NCBI RefSeq assembly: GCF_017348835.2
Contig: NZ_CP072315.1
From: Escherichia coli
Lineage (GTDB): Bacteria; Pseudomonadota; Gammaproteobacteria; Enterobacterales; Enterobacteriaceae
Strand: one strand, 5' to 3'
DNA length: 64,000 nt
The notes beneath the pieces are model-generated. The model did no database searches. It was not told where the DNA came from and worked only from the letters and a program-made list of their open reading frames with translations. Below, piece after piece: positions 38,341-48,975 of this stretch (position 1 is the stretch's first letter; every line of letters starts with the position of its first letter). A program made the position numbers and the translations under genes.

Positions 38341-39481
38341 AGGTAACAATCTCCACGACGGGCGCAACCTCAGCCAGGGCTTTAAGAAGCTGCGTGTCAA
38401 TACTTTCTGCGGGTGTCTCAGTACACACAAGAATACGGTCAAACTGCTGGTGGGCGACGTTATAGACAAAATTGGGGATGCCCAGCCCGTAGTTATCCGT
38501 AAAGGAAATGGCGGACTCAATGGCATAACCAACGGCGATAGGGGAGCGGGTGGTCGAACCATAAAGTGCCTGTGCTCCGGCAGCTTCGAGCCGTTCAGCA
38601 AGCAGGAACGGCTCCCAGACGAATTCCCCGGTCCCGAGAACCAGAATACGTTCCCCCTTGCGGACGGAGACCTCATGGCCGAGATCGGCCGCAGGTGCGA
38701 GCATCCCCAGTCGACCCCAGGACTGTTTTCCCAGGATGTCCCATTCTCCGCGTGAAGTTACGTTGACTTTCGGCATGTCCGGGACAGGTGCATCAGGTAA
38801 TGGGGTCCATCCCCACTGACCGCTTACAAGCGAAACCGAAGTGACGGGCAAGGATGTGCGCTCCGACAGGGCGTTGCTACTCCAGTCGGTAAGCGTAACG
38901 GCGATAACCTGTTCAATATGTTGAAGCTTGCCGGTATTACGCAGGGCAGAAAGCAGGTTAATAAAGGTATTACCGGTGGTTGCCTCGTCATCAATCAAAA
39001 CCAGCGTTCGTGCGTTGGTAACACGACGTCTTTTCTCTTCATCATCTGGCAGATAGATCAGATGATCGGTGGCGTGGCTGTGTTCTTCCTTGAACTCGCA
39101 AAGTAACGTGCCATCAACCGGGTGACGGGTAGAGGTCAGATAGACAGATTCACGATGCTGGTGGCGCACTTCATCAAACACACCGGCCCCTAGCCCAACG
39201 GCGGTTTCAGCCATACCGATAAAAAGTACGGGCCCTGTCAGCGTTGCGGGGAACTGGCTGGCAAGCTGTCTGTAGGCCTGCCGCATGACTGAGGGTGGCA
39301 CGGGAATGTGCCTGCCGAGTACTTTGCTGACAAACAGAAAGGCGCGTTTCGGGTTACGTCTTTCAGCGATATCAAACAGGTCATCGAGCGAAACATCACC
39401 CTGGTCGCGGGTTACCTGTATCGTACCGCATGAGAGGGTACGGCGATAAATCATATCTTCGAGGGTATCAGACATAAACAC
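38333..39481 (-). CDS. Phosphoribosyltransferase (PRTase)
   Basis: PRPP-binding loop TLVLIDDEATTGNTF. Confidence 0.75.
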   Translation of the reverse strand: MFMSDTLEDMIYRRTLSCGTIQVTRDQGDVSLDDLFDIAERRNPKRAFLFVSKVLGRHIPVPPSVMRQAYRQLASQFPATLTGPVLFIGMAETAVGLGAGVFDEVRHQHRESVYLTSTRHPVDGTLLCEFKEEHSHATDHLIYLPDDEEKRRRVTNARTLVLIDDEATTGNTFINLLSALRNTGKLQHIEQVIAVTLTDWSSNALSERTSLPVTSVSLVSGQWGWTPLPDAPVPDMPKVNVTSRGEWDILGKQSWGRLGMLAPAADLGHEVSVRKGERILVLGTGEFVWEPFLLAERLEAAGAQALYGSTTRSPIAVGYAIESAISFTDNYGLGIPNFVYNVAHQQFDRILVCTETPAESIDTQLLKALAEVAPVVEIVTYE

Positions 39482-39484
39482 GCC

Positions 39485-40543
39485 TTAATTCAGATGGTTA
39501 GAGAGTGATTCCGGGTAAACGATGACATCTGTGATGGATCTCACTGCAACCGGAGAAAAGGTATTTCTGGCGCTCTGGATCACCGCATCTTCAGACATCA
39601 GACCGAGCTTAAAGGCAGCAAACAACCCGGGAAGGTTCACCCCGCTGTGAAGGGTATAACCCACCCCGCCTGACGGACGCATGTTGGTTTCAAGCAGCAC
39701 CGGGTTGCCATTCACATCGTTTCGCGTCTGAACATTCACCAGCCCGTCGGCCTTCATAACCCGGGCGCAGTCACAAGCCAGTTCCCAGGCGCTTCCTTCG
39801 TTTACCAGATACTGGATAGCCCCTTCCTTACGGCGTCCCACGGCTGCGAGTATTTCGCCCTTATCCGCGAGGATATCGACGGAAAATTCCGGGCCTGGCA
39901 GGTACGGCATCAAAACAAGGGGTTTAAACGACTCAGAAGCCGATGCTGCTGCAATATACTGTTGCGGACTGACCAGACGATGTTCGGGATGATTAAAGAC
40001 GGCCATGGGCGAAGCACTGTCATCAAAGCGCCAGAATCCCATGCCATAGATACCCGTCACCGGCTTCACGCATACCGGGCTGTCCGAGAACGGCGGGGCC
40101 GCGAGGTGCGTCTTTAATTCTGCCAGCGTATTCACCCGCCAGGACGGTACGACCGGGAGCCCGTTTTGCTCCATAAACTGAGCAAAAGTAACTTTTTCGT
40201 CAGCCAGAGTTAACCAGTCGACGCCTGTTGCACCGGTAGTAAGGGTGGCTCCGGTCGATTCAATGGCTGAACGGTGTTCTTCAAACCACTGGCTGTTACG
40301 GCCAGTATGAATATGGTGGATGCCGTAGGTCTGAATGGTTTCCTGAATAAACTGAAGACGTTTTTGAGGATCTTCAGGTTCAGTCAAAGAATAATCGGCA
40401 ACGGAAAGAATTTCATGTCTTTCGTTACGGTGGGAGGCAAATACGGTAATAGCAAAATTATTTTTTTGTGCAAATGATTTTACCCCCTGAATAATATCTC
40501 GCTGGGAGGACAAACCTTCCATAAACCAAATTTTCTTGTTCAT
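39485..40543 (-). CDS. ATP-grasp enzyme
   Basis: ATP-grasp-like C-terminal motifs (VLLETNMRPSGG); first gene of the operon divergent from terZ. Confidence 0.7.
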   Translation of the reverse strand: MNKKIWFMEGLSSQRDIIQGVKSFAQKNNFAITVFASHRNERHEILSVADYSLTEPEDPQKRLQFIQETIQTYGIHHIHTGRNSQWFEEHRSAIESTGATLTTGATGVDWLTLADEKVTFAQFMEQNGLPVVPSWRVNTLAELKTHLAAPPFSDSPVCVKPVTGIYGMGFWRFDDSASPMAVFNHPEHRLVSPQQYIAAASASESFKPLVLMPYLPGPEFSVDILADKGEILAAVGRRKEGAIQYLVNEGSAWELACDCARVMKADGLVNVQTRNDVNGNPVLLETNMRPSGGVGYTLHSGVNLPGLFAAFKLGLMSEDAVIQSARNTFSPVAVRSITDVIVYPESLSNHLN

Positions 40544-40865
40544 TTTTTTTAATTATCCGGAACGCCATGCAAATTTATGATTGAGAAGTGAGTCTATGAG
40601 TGTCTACGCTACATGTCAATCATAATATGATTAATAACTTCAGTGGTTATGGAGTGCGTCAGTGTTTTTTTAGTGCCTTATAACGTATTGATATTTAAAT
40701 TAAAAATAGAAAAATGAACACCATGAAAAGGATTTATTTTTGTGTTTTTGAAGAAAACTACCAAAATTTCCCTTGTCAGAGAACTTCATCATGATATGAT
40801 TTTCTTCGTCAGTTACTAAATATACCTTTGATTGTCTCGGTCATTACCATTTTAAGGAATAAAAC

Positions 40866-41447
40866 ATGGTTTCATTAAGTAAGAACCAGACGGTATCACT
40901 CAGCAAAGAATCTTCAGCATTAAGCCAGCTTCAATTCGGTCTCGGTTGGGATCCGGTTAAGAAAAAAGGTCTTCTTGGAGGATTGTTTGGAGGCAACGAC
41001 TCAATCGATCTCGATGCTGGCTGCGTATTAATGGACAGCACCGGTAAAACAATTGACACCATCTGGTTCCGCAAACTGGAATCCACCTGCGGCGCTGTTG
41101 TGCACAGTGGCGATAACCTGACCGGTGAGGGTGACGGTGACGATGAGGTGATTAAGGTCAACCTCTCCCGACTGCCTGCAAACGTTGAATACCTGGCGTT
41201 TACGGTAAACAGCTTCCGTGGTCAGTCGTTCAATGACGTCGAAAACGCGTTCTGCCGCGTTGTCGATCAAACCGGCAAAGAGCTGGCTCGCTACAAGCTG
41301 ACTGAGCAGGGCTCACATACCGGGATCGTTATTTCTTCGCTGCGCCGTAATAACGGCAACTGGGACTTTACCGCCCTTGGCCATGCCTGTCGCGGCCGCA
41401 CAATTGACGATATGCACTCCGATATCGTTTCAGCGGTTATTCGCTAA
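40866..41447 (+). CDS. terZ: Tellurite resistance protein TerZ (TerD family)
   Basis: MVSLSKNQTVSLSK..., [20 protein letters not shown]; first gene of terZABCDEF. Confidence 0.85.
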   Translation: MVSLSKNQTVSLSKESSALSQLQFGLGWDPVKKKGLLGGLFGGNDSIDLDAGCVLMDSTGKTIDTIWFRKLESTCGAVVHSGDNLTGEGDGDDEVIKVNLSRLPANVEYLAFTVNSFRGQSFNDVENAFCRVVDQTGKELARYKLTEQGSHTGIVISSLRRNNGNWDFTALGHACRGRTIDDMHSDIVSAVIR

Positions 41448-42604
41448 TGAACCTGACGCCGGGGGGCAATGCCCCCGTTCCAGCCCAGGAGTTGCGGGTC
41501 CGGATCACCTCGGGCGGCCAGGTGGATGCTTCGGCGTTTCGCCTGTATGCCGACGGGAAGGTGCAGGGTGATGCGGACATGGTGTTTTATGGTCAGCCAC
41601 GTAACGATGATGGTACCGTCAGCCTGGTCAGTGAAGGCCAGTACTCAACCTTTACTGTCGCGCTCAACCGGCTGAAACCTGATGTCCAGAAAATTGCGTT
41701 CACCGTGACCTGTGACGGTGGGCAGACGGTGTCCGGTCTTCGTAATCTTTCCATCGACGTGGAGCAAGGGGCTACCGGCCTGGTTAGCGGCAGTGTCGAA
41801 CTGAGCGGCCGTCAGGAAGCAGCCTTAATTCTGGGTGAATTTTACCGTCGTAATAATGACTGGAAATTCCGCTTCGTTGCGCAGGGGTTCAACGGTGGAC
41901 TTAAACCGCTGGCAGAGCATTTCGGCGTAAATATTGCCGACGAACCGGCTCCCGCAGCCCCGACTCCTCCGGTTGTAACCCCTCCGCCAGTTGAGACAAA
42001 AATCAGCCTGAGCAAGGTATCGCTGACAAAAGAGAAGCCTGCAATCAGCCTGACCAAACGGGATAACTTCGGTGAAATCCGGATCAACCTGAACTGGCAC
42101 CGGGGCAGCGGCAAATCAGGCTTTGCAGGCATGTTCGGCTCCAAAGGAATCGACCTGGATCTGGGGGCCTTTGTTGAGCTTCAGGACGGGTATAAATCGG
42201 TCATTCAGGCGCTCGGTAATGCATTCGGTAATTATCGCGATGAACCGTATGTTCAGCTCAAGGGCGATGACCGGACGGGTGATGTATCAGACGGCGAGTG
42301 GCTGCATATCAATGGACGTGAATGGAAGCATATCCGCGAAGTGCTGATTTACGCCTTTATTTATGAAGGTGTTCCCAGCTGGGACAAGACTGATGGTGTG
42401 GTCACCATTCATGTGCCGGATCAACCGCCCATTGAGACCCGCCTGACCGAAGGTGAAAACCGTCGCACATTGTGCGCCATTGCCAGACTCGTAAACGAAA
42501 ACGGCGCAATTAAAGTCGAGCGAATTAACCAGTACTTCAAAGGCCAGGACGAAATGGACCGGGCATTTGGCTGGGGATTTCGCTGGAGCGCCGGTTCTAA
42601 ATAA
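41447..42604 (+). CDS. terA: Tellurite resistance protein TerA (TerD-domain containing)
   Basis: 385 aa, start overlapping terZ stop (TAATG); proline-rich linker PAAPTPPVVTPPPVE between TerD-like halves. Confidence 0.85.
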   Translation: MNLTPGGNAPVPAQELRVRITSGGQVDASAFRLYADGKVQGDADMVFYGQPRNDDGTVSLVSEGQYSTFTVALNRLKPDVQKIAFTVTCDGGQTVSGLRNLSIDVEQGATGLVSGSVELSGRQEAALILGEFYRRNNDWKFRFVAQGFNGGLKPLAEHFGVNIADEPAPAAPTPPVVTPPPVETKISLSKVSLTKEKPAISLTKRDNFGEIRINLNWHRGSGKSGFAGMFGSKGIDLDLGAFVELQDGYKSVIQALGNAFGNYRDEPYVQLKGDDRTGDVSDGEWLHINGREWKHIREVLIYAFIYEGVPSWDKTDGVVTIHVPDQPPIETRLTEGENRRTLCAIARLVNENGAIKVERINQYFKGQDEMDRAFGWGFRWSAGSK

Positions 42605-42626
42605 CACAGCAACAAAGGAAACAGGT

Positions 42627-43082
42627 ATGAGCTTTTTCGACAAGGTAAAAGGTGCCATTAACTCTGGCCGGGACGAACTGACCCGCCAGGTTGGTCGTTT
42701 CAAAAACAAAAAATTTATGCACGGCACCGTTGCTGTATGTGCCCGTATTGCCGTATCGAGTGACGGCGTGAGTTCGGAAGAAAAGCAGAAAATGATGGGC
42801 TTTCTTCGCTCTTCAGAAGAGCTGAAGGTCTTCGATACCAATGAGGTGATCGAGTTCTTCAATAAACTGGTTTCAAGCTTCGATTTCGATGTTGAAATCG
42901 GCAAGGGCGAAACCATGAAATACATCCTGGCGCTGAAAGATCAGCCTGAGGCCGCTCAGCTGGCCTTACGTGTTGGTATTGCCGTTGCGAAAAGTGACGG
43001 TAACTTCGATCAGGACGAGAAACTGGCCTCCCGCGAGATCGCTATCGCGTTGGGCTTCGACCCGGCTGAATTTGGCCTCTGA
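42627..43082 (+). CDS. terB: Tellurite resistance protein TerB
   Basis: 151 aa from ATG 42627 (RBS AAAGGAAACAGG); MSFFDKVKGAINSG N-terminus; track start is an RBS-less upstream extension. Confidence 0.85.
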   Translation: MSFFDKVKGAINSGRDELTRQVGRFKNKKFMHGTVAVCARIAVSSDGVSSEEKQKMMGFLRSSEELKVFDTNEVIEFFNKLVSSFDFDVEIGKGETMKYILALKDQPEAAQLALRVGIAVAKSDGNFDQDEKLASREIAIALGFDPAEFGL

Positions 43083-43104
43083 TCCACATCCCTAAGGGTA
43101 AAAT

Positions 43105-44145
43105 ATGGTTTCCACACACATCGGCTTCCCGACTGAAACGGTCATTGTTTTCATTGCGCTTTCAGTCGGTGCCATCTTTATTGACCTGTTTATGCACCGT
43201 GATGACAAGCCCATTTCCCTGAAGAGTGCGGCGCTCTGGTCCGTATTCTGGGTTGTGGTTGCGATGGCATTTGCCGGTTTCCTCTACATCCACCACGGTG
43301 CTGAGGTTGCCAGCCTGTTTGTAACGGGTTATGCGCTGGAGAAAGTGCTGTCGGTCGACAACCTGTTTGTCATGATGGCCATCTTCTCCTGGTTCGCCGT
43401 TCCTGATCGTTACCGCCACCGTGTTCTCTACTGGGGGATCATTGGTGCCATCGTCTTCAGGGGCATCTTTGTCGCCATCGGTACGAGCCTGCTGAGTCTG
43501 GGGCCGTATGTTGAAGTTGTCTTCGCTATCATCGTCGCCTGGACGGCGGTCATGATGCTTAAAAGCGGTGATGACGATGATGAAATTGAGGATTATTCCC
43601 AGCATCTGGCTTACCGCATGGTTAAACGCTTCTTCCCTATCTGGCCGAAGCTCAGAGGTCATGCTTTCCTGCTTAACCAGAAGGAAGTGGATGCCGAACT
43701 GGCGAAACCAGAAAACAGCGATGTCACCATTGGCCGTGGTAAAAAGGCGGCGCTGTATGCGACCCCTCTGTTCCTGTGTGTGGCCGTGGTTGAACTCTCG
43801 GATGTTATGTTTGCGTTTGACTCGGTACCGGCAATCATTGCCGTCAGTCGTGAACCGCTTATCGTCTATAGTGCCATGATGTTTGCTATCCTGGGCCTGC
43901 GTACTCTGTACTTTGTCCTTGAAGCACTGAAACAGTACCTGGTTCATCTGGAGAAGGCCGTTATCGTGCTGCTGTTCTTCATCGCGGCAAAACTGGGCCT
44001 GAATGCGACCGATCACATTTGGCATCATGGTTACAGCATCGCGGCGACAACCAGCCTGTATGTTGTACTGGGTGTTTTGGCGCTGGGCATTCTCGCAAGC
44101 GTCATATTCCCGGGCAAACCTGAATCTGAGGAAAAGGGGAGCTGA
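43105..44145 (+). CDS. terC: Integral membrane protein TerC
   Basis: Multi-pass membrane protein (~9 hydrophobic helices) in the canonical position. Confidence 0.9.
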   Translation: MVSTHIGFPTETVIVFIALSVGAIFIDLFMHRDDKPISLKSAALWSVFWVVVAMAFAGFLYIHHGAEVASLFVTGYALEKVLSVDNLFVMMAIFSWFAVPDRYRHRVLYWGIIGAIVFRGIFVAIGTSLLSLGPYVEVVFAIIVAWTAVMMLKSGDDDDEIEDYSQHLAYRMVKRFFPIWPKLRGHAFLLNQKEVDAELAKPENSDVTIGRGKKAALYATPLFLCVAVVELSDVMFAFDSVPAIIAVSREPLIVYSAMMFAILGLRTLYFVLEALKQYLVHLEKAVIVLLFFIAAKLGLNATDHIWHHGYSIAATTSLYVVLGVLALGILASVIFPGKPESEEKGS

Positions 44146-44193
44146 TCCCCTGAAGTGTTAACCTGAACAATTACTAATCGAAGAGGTTATTTT

Positions 44194-44772
44194 ATGAGTG
44201 TTTCTCTTTCCAAAGGCGGGAACGTCTCCCTGAGTAAAGCAGCTCCGTCAATGAAAAACGTCCTGGTGGGCCTTGGCTGGGATGCGCGTTCAACAGACGG
44301 TCAGGACTTTGACCTGGATGCTTCAGCATTCCTGCTGGCCGCAAATGGCAAAGTGCGCGGCGATTCAGATTTCATCTTCTATAACAACCTGACGTCATCT
44401 GACGGTTCCGTAACCCATACCGGTGATAACCGTACCGGTGAAGGTGATGGTGATGATGAATCGCTGAAAATTAAACTGGACGCCGTCCCGTCTGATGTTG
44501 ACAAGATCATCTTCGTTGTCACTATCCATGATGCTCAGGCTCGTCGCCAGAGCTTTGGTCAGGTATCCGGTGCGTTTATTCGCCTGGTCAATGACGATAA
44601 CCAGACTGAAGTCGCTCGCTACGATCTGACCGAAGATGCGTCCACTGAGACTGCCATGCTGTTCGGCGAGCTGTATCGCCACAATGGTGAGTGGAAATTC
44701 CGCGCAGTGGGCCAGGGTTATGCTGGTGGTCTGGCATCTGTATGTGCTCAGTACGGCATTAACGCGTCCTGA
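44194..44772 (+). CDS. terD: Tellurite resistance protein TerD
   Basis: 192 aa, [35 protein letters not shown]. Confidence 0.9.
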   Translation: MSVSLSKGGNVSLSKAAPSMKNVLVGLGWDARSTDGQDFDLDASAFLLAANGKVRGDSDFIFYNNLTSSDGSVTHTGDNRTGEGDGDDESLKIKLDAVPSDVDKIIFVVTIHDAQARRQSFGQVSGAFIRLVNDDNQTEVARYDLTEDASTETAMLFGELYRHNGEWKFRAVGQGYAGGLASVCAQYGINAS

Positions 44773-44839
44773 TCGAAAAGTAACTTTTCACCCGGGGCTG
44801 TTAATGCAGCCCTCATTCAACTGTTTGCAGGAGCTAAAA

Positions 44840-45415
44840 ATGGCAGTTTCTCTCGTAAAAGGCGGCAACGTATCTCTGACCAAAGAAGCACCAACCATGA
44901 ATATCGCTATGGTTGGCCTCGGCTGGGATGCCCGTGTAACTGACGGTCAGGCTTTTGACCTGGACGCTTCCGTGTTCGCAGTAGGCGAAGACGGTAAAGT
45001 GCTGTCAGATGCGCATTTCATTTTCTTCAATAACAAAACCAGCCCTGATGGCGCGGTAGAGCACCAGGGCGACAACCGTACCGGTGAAGGCGACGGTGAC
45101 GATGAGCAGGTCAAAATCGATCTGACCAAAGTCTCAGCAGATATCAAAAAACTGGTGTTTGCCGTTACCATCTATGATGCAGAAGCGCGTAAACAAAACT
45201 TCGGCATGGTGAGCAACAGCTTCATGCGCGTTTACAACAACGACAACGGCACGGAAATTGCCCGTTTCGATCTGTCTGAAGATGCCTCAACCGAAACCGC
45301 TATGGTCTTCGGTGAACTGTATCGTCATGGCGCTGAGTGGAAGTTTAAAGCTGTCGGTCAGGGCTTTGCCGGTGGCCTGGCGGCTCTTGCCTCCCAGCAC
45401 GGCGTTAACATCTAA
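44840..45415 (+). CDS. terE: Tellurite resistance protein TerE (TerD paralogue)
   Basis: 191 aa from ATG 44840 (RBS GCAGGAGC); [30 protein letters not shown]. Confidence 0.9.
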   Translation: MAVSLVKGGNVSLTKEAPTMNIAMVGLGWDARVTDGQAFDLDASVFAVGEDGKVLSDAHFIFFNNKTSPDGAVEHQGDNRTGEGDGDDEQVKIDLTKVSADIKKLVFAVTIYDAEARKQNFGMVSNSFMRVYNNDNGTEIARFDLSEDASTETAMVFGELYRHGAEWKFKAVGQGFAGGLAALASQHGVNI

Positions 45416-45432
45416 AACAACGCTGAATCATA

Positions 45433-45457
45433 CCCCGGCAATGCCGGGGTTTTTTTT
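45433..45457 (+). terminator. Intrinsic terminator after terE
   Basis: CCCCGGC-aat-GCCGGGG followed by an 8-T run. Confidence 0.75.
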
Positions 45458-45843
45458 GGTTGCGATCCGCTTTCAGGAGGGAGTAGTAGAAAGGGGACTG
45501 GAAATTTCAGAAAGCAGGTCATGTTAATTCAGACCTGAGCCTTTTAAAGGCAGGAAACGGATTTATCTCTGGTTGCTGGTTAAAGCCGGTATTCCGTGCC
45601 TTTTATCAACAGAATGCCCCTCTGATATATGTTACTTTTGCGGTTTATGAAGGAACGGGATCTGGAACATAAGATACCCGGTCAATCAAAATTCCAGTTC
45701 AACAGGTATAGAAACTTCAGCGTGATGAAATATGGTGTCACACCATATATACGCCTCACCAGAAATCCAGCGTCCTGAACTAAGCCTGGGGAACATATAT
45801 AAGCGCTGCGCTTTAAAAATAATCAAAAATCAGGAGAGTTAAT

Positions 45844-47085
45844 GTGAATCTACAATCCGGACAAAACATACCGCTTCAGCAATCTGCGATCAGGCTGAAT
45901 CTTCAGTACCCTGCCAAATCCGGCTTTAAAGGCGAACCCGATACCTGCCTCTTCCTGCTTAATGCTCAGGGAAAGGTAACCGGCGATTCTGACTTTATCT
46001 TTTATAATAATCTGTCTTCTCCTGAAGGGGCAGTAAAGCTCGTTACCGGTTCTCAGCAGTCCAGCATTGAGATAGCACTGGATCGTGTTCCGGCGAACGT
46101 CAGTAAGATTGCGATCACCGTTGTCATTGATGGTGAAGATACTATCAGTGGGCTCAGTTTATTGAGCATTCAGGCTCCTGGTATCGCTGATTTTCAGGCT
46201 GAGACTCAGGGCCGCAGTGAGAAAGCAATCATCCTGGGTGAAGTATATCGGCACAATGGCGCCTGGAAGCTTCGTGCGCTCGGGCAGGGTTTCAACGGTG
46301 GTCTTGAGCCTCTGGCCATTAGCTTTGGCGTTGATGTCGCACAGCCAGCTCCGCAGCCAGCAAAGCCTGCTCGTATCAGTCTGGAAAAGAAACTTGAAAC
46401 CAGATCTCCGCGCCTCGTAAGCCTCGCTAAAAAAGCCTCGGTCAGTCTCACTAAAAATAAACTGGACACCCTTGAGGCAGCGGTTGCATTTGTACTTGAC
46501 GCATCCGGCTCAATGAGTGGCCAGTTCAGTAAGGGCAACGTTCAGTCTGTGCTGGACCGCATCGCCGTTCTTGCCGCCCAGTTCGACGACGACGGTGAAA
46601 TGGATGTCTGGGGATTTGGAGAGAAGCACAAGAAGTATCCAAACGTCACACTGGACAACCTGGACACATATATTCAGTCCATTCGCGGGTCTGGAAAGCG
46701 TTCAGCCTGGGAGAACCTGCCGGGACTTGGTGGGACAAACAATGAGCCCCCTGTGATGGAAGAAATTGTCGACTACTTTAAGGACTCGAAAATCCCGGTA
46801 TATGTTGTATTTATTACCGATGGCGGGATCAGCAAGACCCGGGCGATTAAAGATGCAATCCGGCGTTCTGCCAACTACCCCATCTTCTGGAAGTTTGTCG
46901 GCCTGGGTGGTTCAAGCTACGGTATCCTCAAAAATCTGGATGACTTTACTGACCGCCGGGTTGATAACACCCACTTCTTTGCCATGGATGATTTCGGTTC
47001 GATCAGCGATGAAAAGTTATATGATAATTTACTGGAAGAATTCAGACCGTGGATCGATGAAACAAAAAGGTTAGGCATCCTGTAA
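45844..47085 (+). CDS. terF: TerF: TerD-domain + C-terminal vWA-like domain, GTG start
   Basis: N-terminal TerD-like region, C-terminal VLDASGSM and FITDGG; GTG at 45844 preceded by AGGAGA RBS; own promoter region after the terE terminator. Confidence 0.8.
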
Positions 47086-47113
47086 TACGCACAGTTTTCG
47101 CATGGTTAAAGGA

Positions 47114-47147
47114 GCTCTACAGCAGCTTAATACTGTAGAGCCTTTGT
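47114..47147 (+). terminator. Hairpin downstream of terF
   Basis: GCTCTACAG-(10 nt)-CTGTAGAGC then CTTTGTT; U-tract weak. Confidence 0.4.
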
Positions 47148-47175
47148 TCACTGGAAATCGTACAGGGAGGAGCAT

Positions 47176-47307
47176 ATGGACCGCATCAAGTACCTGAAAT
47201 GGATAGCTGAAGAATCACCAACTGATGATGAAATCGACAACTACGATAGTATCATTAGTCGGGGCGCAGAAAGGGCCGAGAAGGTTCAGTTGTCTTTAAG
47301 ACGTTAA
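47176..47307 (+). CDS. Possible small protein (43 aa)
   Basis: ATG preceded by GGGAGGAG at ideal spacing; below the 60-aa track cut-off; no homology recognised. Confidence 0.3.
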   Translation: MDRIKYLKWIAEESPTDDEIDNYDSIISRGAERAEKVQLSLRR

Positions 47308-47647
47308 TATACGGGAGTTTAAATGTTCGCAGAAATCAAAGATAATTATTCGTTAGGTGGATAAAGAAAGGTTGCCATTACCAGCTTTCGACGAGTCGAA
47401 AATAAAAACCTTATTTATAGTGACAGGGAGTATGAGCTGACGCTTGCCAATGGAACAATAATTAAAAATGTACTTAGAAAAGAAGAGTGGGAACTGTTAG
47501 AAAGCAATTCAATTAAGGTTATATTATAACGAAAATATATTTACAGTTTTGGATAGGTTTCAAACGAGTCCGGACATTTGTACCTGAAGTATCTGACATT
47601 ACAGTTAAGTGACGATTATGCCAGCACGTCTGTTGCTGGCAGCTTAG

Positions 47648-47929
47648 CTATCGGTCTAAAAGCTGATCCATTAATAATTCTTCGTAAAGCCCAGAGGTAT
47701 CGGGCTTTATTACAATATCCGTTATTTCGAAGCGTTCAAGTACAAATTGCAGATATTCCGGAGTAACGTAGTAGGGATCAGGTTCAGCCAGATTAGTATA
47801 GAGTGGGTCTTCTGCTGCATTAATGTCATAATCAATGCACATATGAAACCACTGCAAAGGTGGATCCCAGCCTAACATCACCTGAACAATTCCCTGATTG
47901 CTTTTCACCTCATACCAGTGCTGGCTCAT
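47648..47929 (-). CDS. Hypothetical protein (93 aa)
   Basis: ORF only; no motif recognised. Confidence 0.4.
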   Translation of the reverse strand: MSQHWYEVKSNQGIVQVMLGWDPPLQWFHMCIDYDINAAEDPLYTNLAEPDPYYVTPEYLQFVLERFEITDIVIKPDTSGLYEELLMDQLLDR

Positions 47930-47978
47930 ACTTAGTCCTTAAGAAAATTTGTCATCGGAAAATAACACGAAGCCTGCA

Positions 47979-48170
47979 TCATCGAGGCGCATAACCTTCT
48001 TCCCTTAACGCCTGTTGTAATTTATCAACTGCGCTTTTCATTACCCAGGCTTCTTCGTCACTCACAGCACAACCACGTAGATCGCTCCAGCTCAGACGTT
48101 TAACAAATTGAGCAAGGGCCATAGTTTCGTTCTCATCAAGCCGCAAACTCAGTGTCTCAATACCTTCCAC
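47979..48170 (-). CDS. Hypothetical small protein (63 aa)
   Basis: ORF with RBS (aaggaggttagattgtgg on the minus strand); no motif recognised. Confidence 0.35.
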   Translation of the reverse strand: MEGIETLSLRLDENETMALAQFVKRLSWSDLRGCAVSDEEAWVMKSAVDKLQQALREEGYAPR

Positions 48171-48261
48171 AATCTAACCTCCCTTATAATGAAAAATGGC
48201 GCTTTACTTCTGACCAGATGCCGAAGCCTTGAATGCAGCCGGAACTGTCGTTGTTTCTACT

Positions 48262-48633
48262 TTACAGAAATGGAATTAAAAAGTGGTGATGCTGGGCACG
48301 TTTCTTTTCCAGCCGGGGTTTAAGCCAGAGCTGAAACTCATTCAACTTCTCAGCAGCCAAAACCGCTTCAACGGGGAAAACTTTATATTTACCCTGTTGC
48401 TGAGGTTCACCCAGCCATCGCCTGATGGCTCCGTCAGTCCATAAACGAGTCTCTTTTAGCCTAGTTACAGTGACCCATTTTCTGGACCATTCATCAAATT
48501 GTCGCTGGCGATCCCGATAACGTTGTTCTTCCTGCTGCCGAAGCCACTCGCGATCAACAGCAAATTTTCGGTATCCAACAAAGAGCCCTTGTACTTTGGC
48601 CATGTCATATTCCGGTTGCTTAGAGTTACTCAT
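48262..48633 (-). CDS. Hypothetical protein (123 aa), basic/Arg-rich
   Basis: ORF only; Arg/Gln-rich helical central region. Confidence 0.4.
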   Translation of the reverse strand: MSNSKQPEYDMAKVQGLFVGYRKFAVDREWLRQQEEQRYRDRQRQFDEWSRKWVTVTRLKETRLWTDGAIRRWLGEPQQQGKYKVFPVEAVLAAEKLNEFQLWLKPRLEKKRAQHHHFLIPFL

Positions 48634-48975
48634 TCAACCAAAACCTAAACGTCGATACAAACTCTGTTTCATAACCAGGGTTTTATCCTTACCGCGACAG
48701 TAAGTAACAGGGGCTGCATAAACCGGTCATTTAGTCCGTTATGCAAAAATTATTGAGGATCCGGGCTGTTAAACTGTTCTTCCTCTTTCGCTTCCGGTGA
48801 AAAGGGGAGGTGTCACCCTGCGAGCCCGTGTAGTGAAAGGGATTCGTCGTAATACAGGCCAAAGGCTAACATGACCGCAAAGGACGCCCGGGCGACCGGA
48901 TACCTGCCGGGTTGTGCGATGTAAAATCCGGAAGCAGTGATAACACAAACAGGCCCCTACAGCGTAAGGATTGTG

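Noticed and set aside
30297-38676. Long N-terminal extensions in the ORF track for TerY-like (30297-31541), TerY (to 33444), HAD (to 38676), PRTase-like (to 37631), terB (from 42567), terE (from 44636)
   Set aside because: Homology to family members begins at internal ATG or TTG codons that have Shine-Dalgarno sequences and abut the upstream stop; the extensions overlap neighbouring genes and lack an RBS.
48769-48975. GC-rich structured leader before the 48976 gene as a riboswitch or known sRNA
   Set aside because: I could not match it to any riboswitch consensus (e.g. B12 box) by eye; recorded only as a possible structured 5' region.
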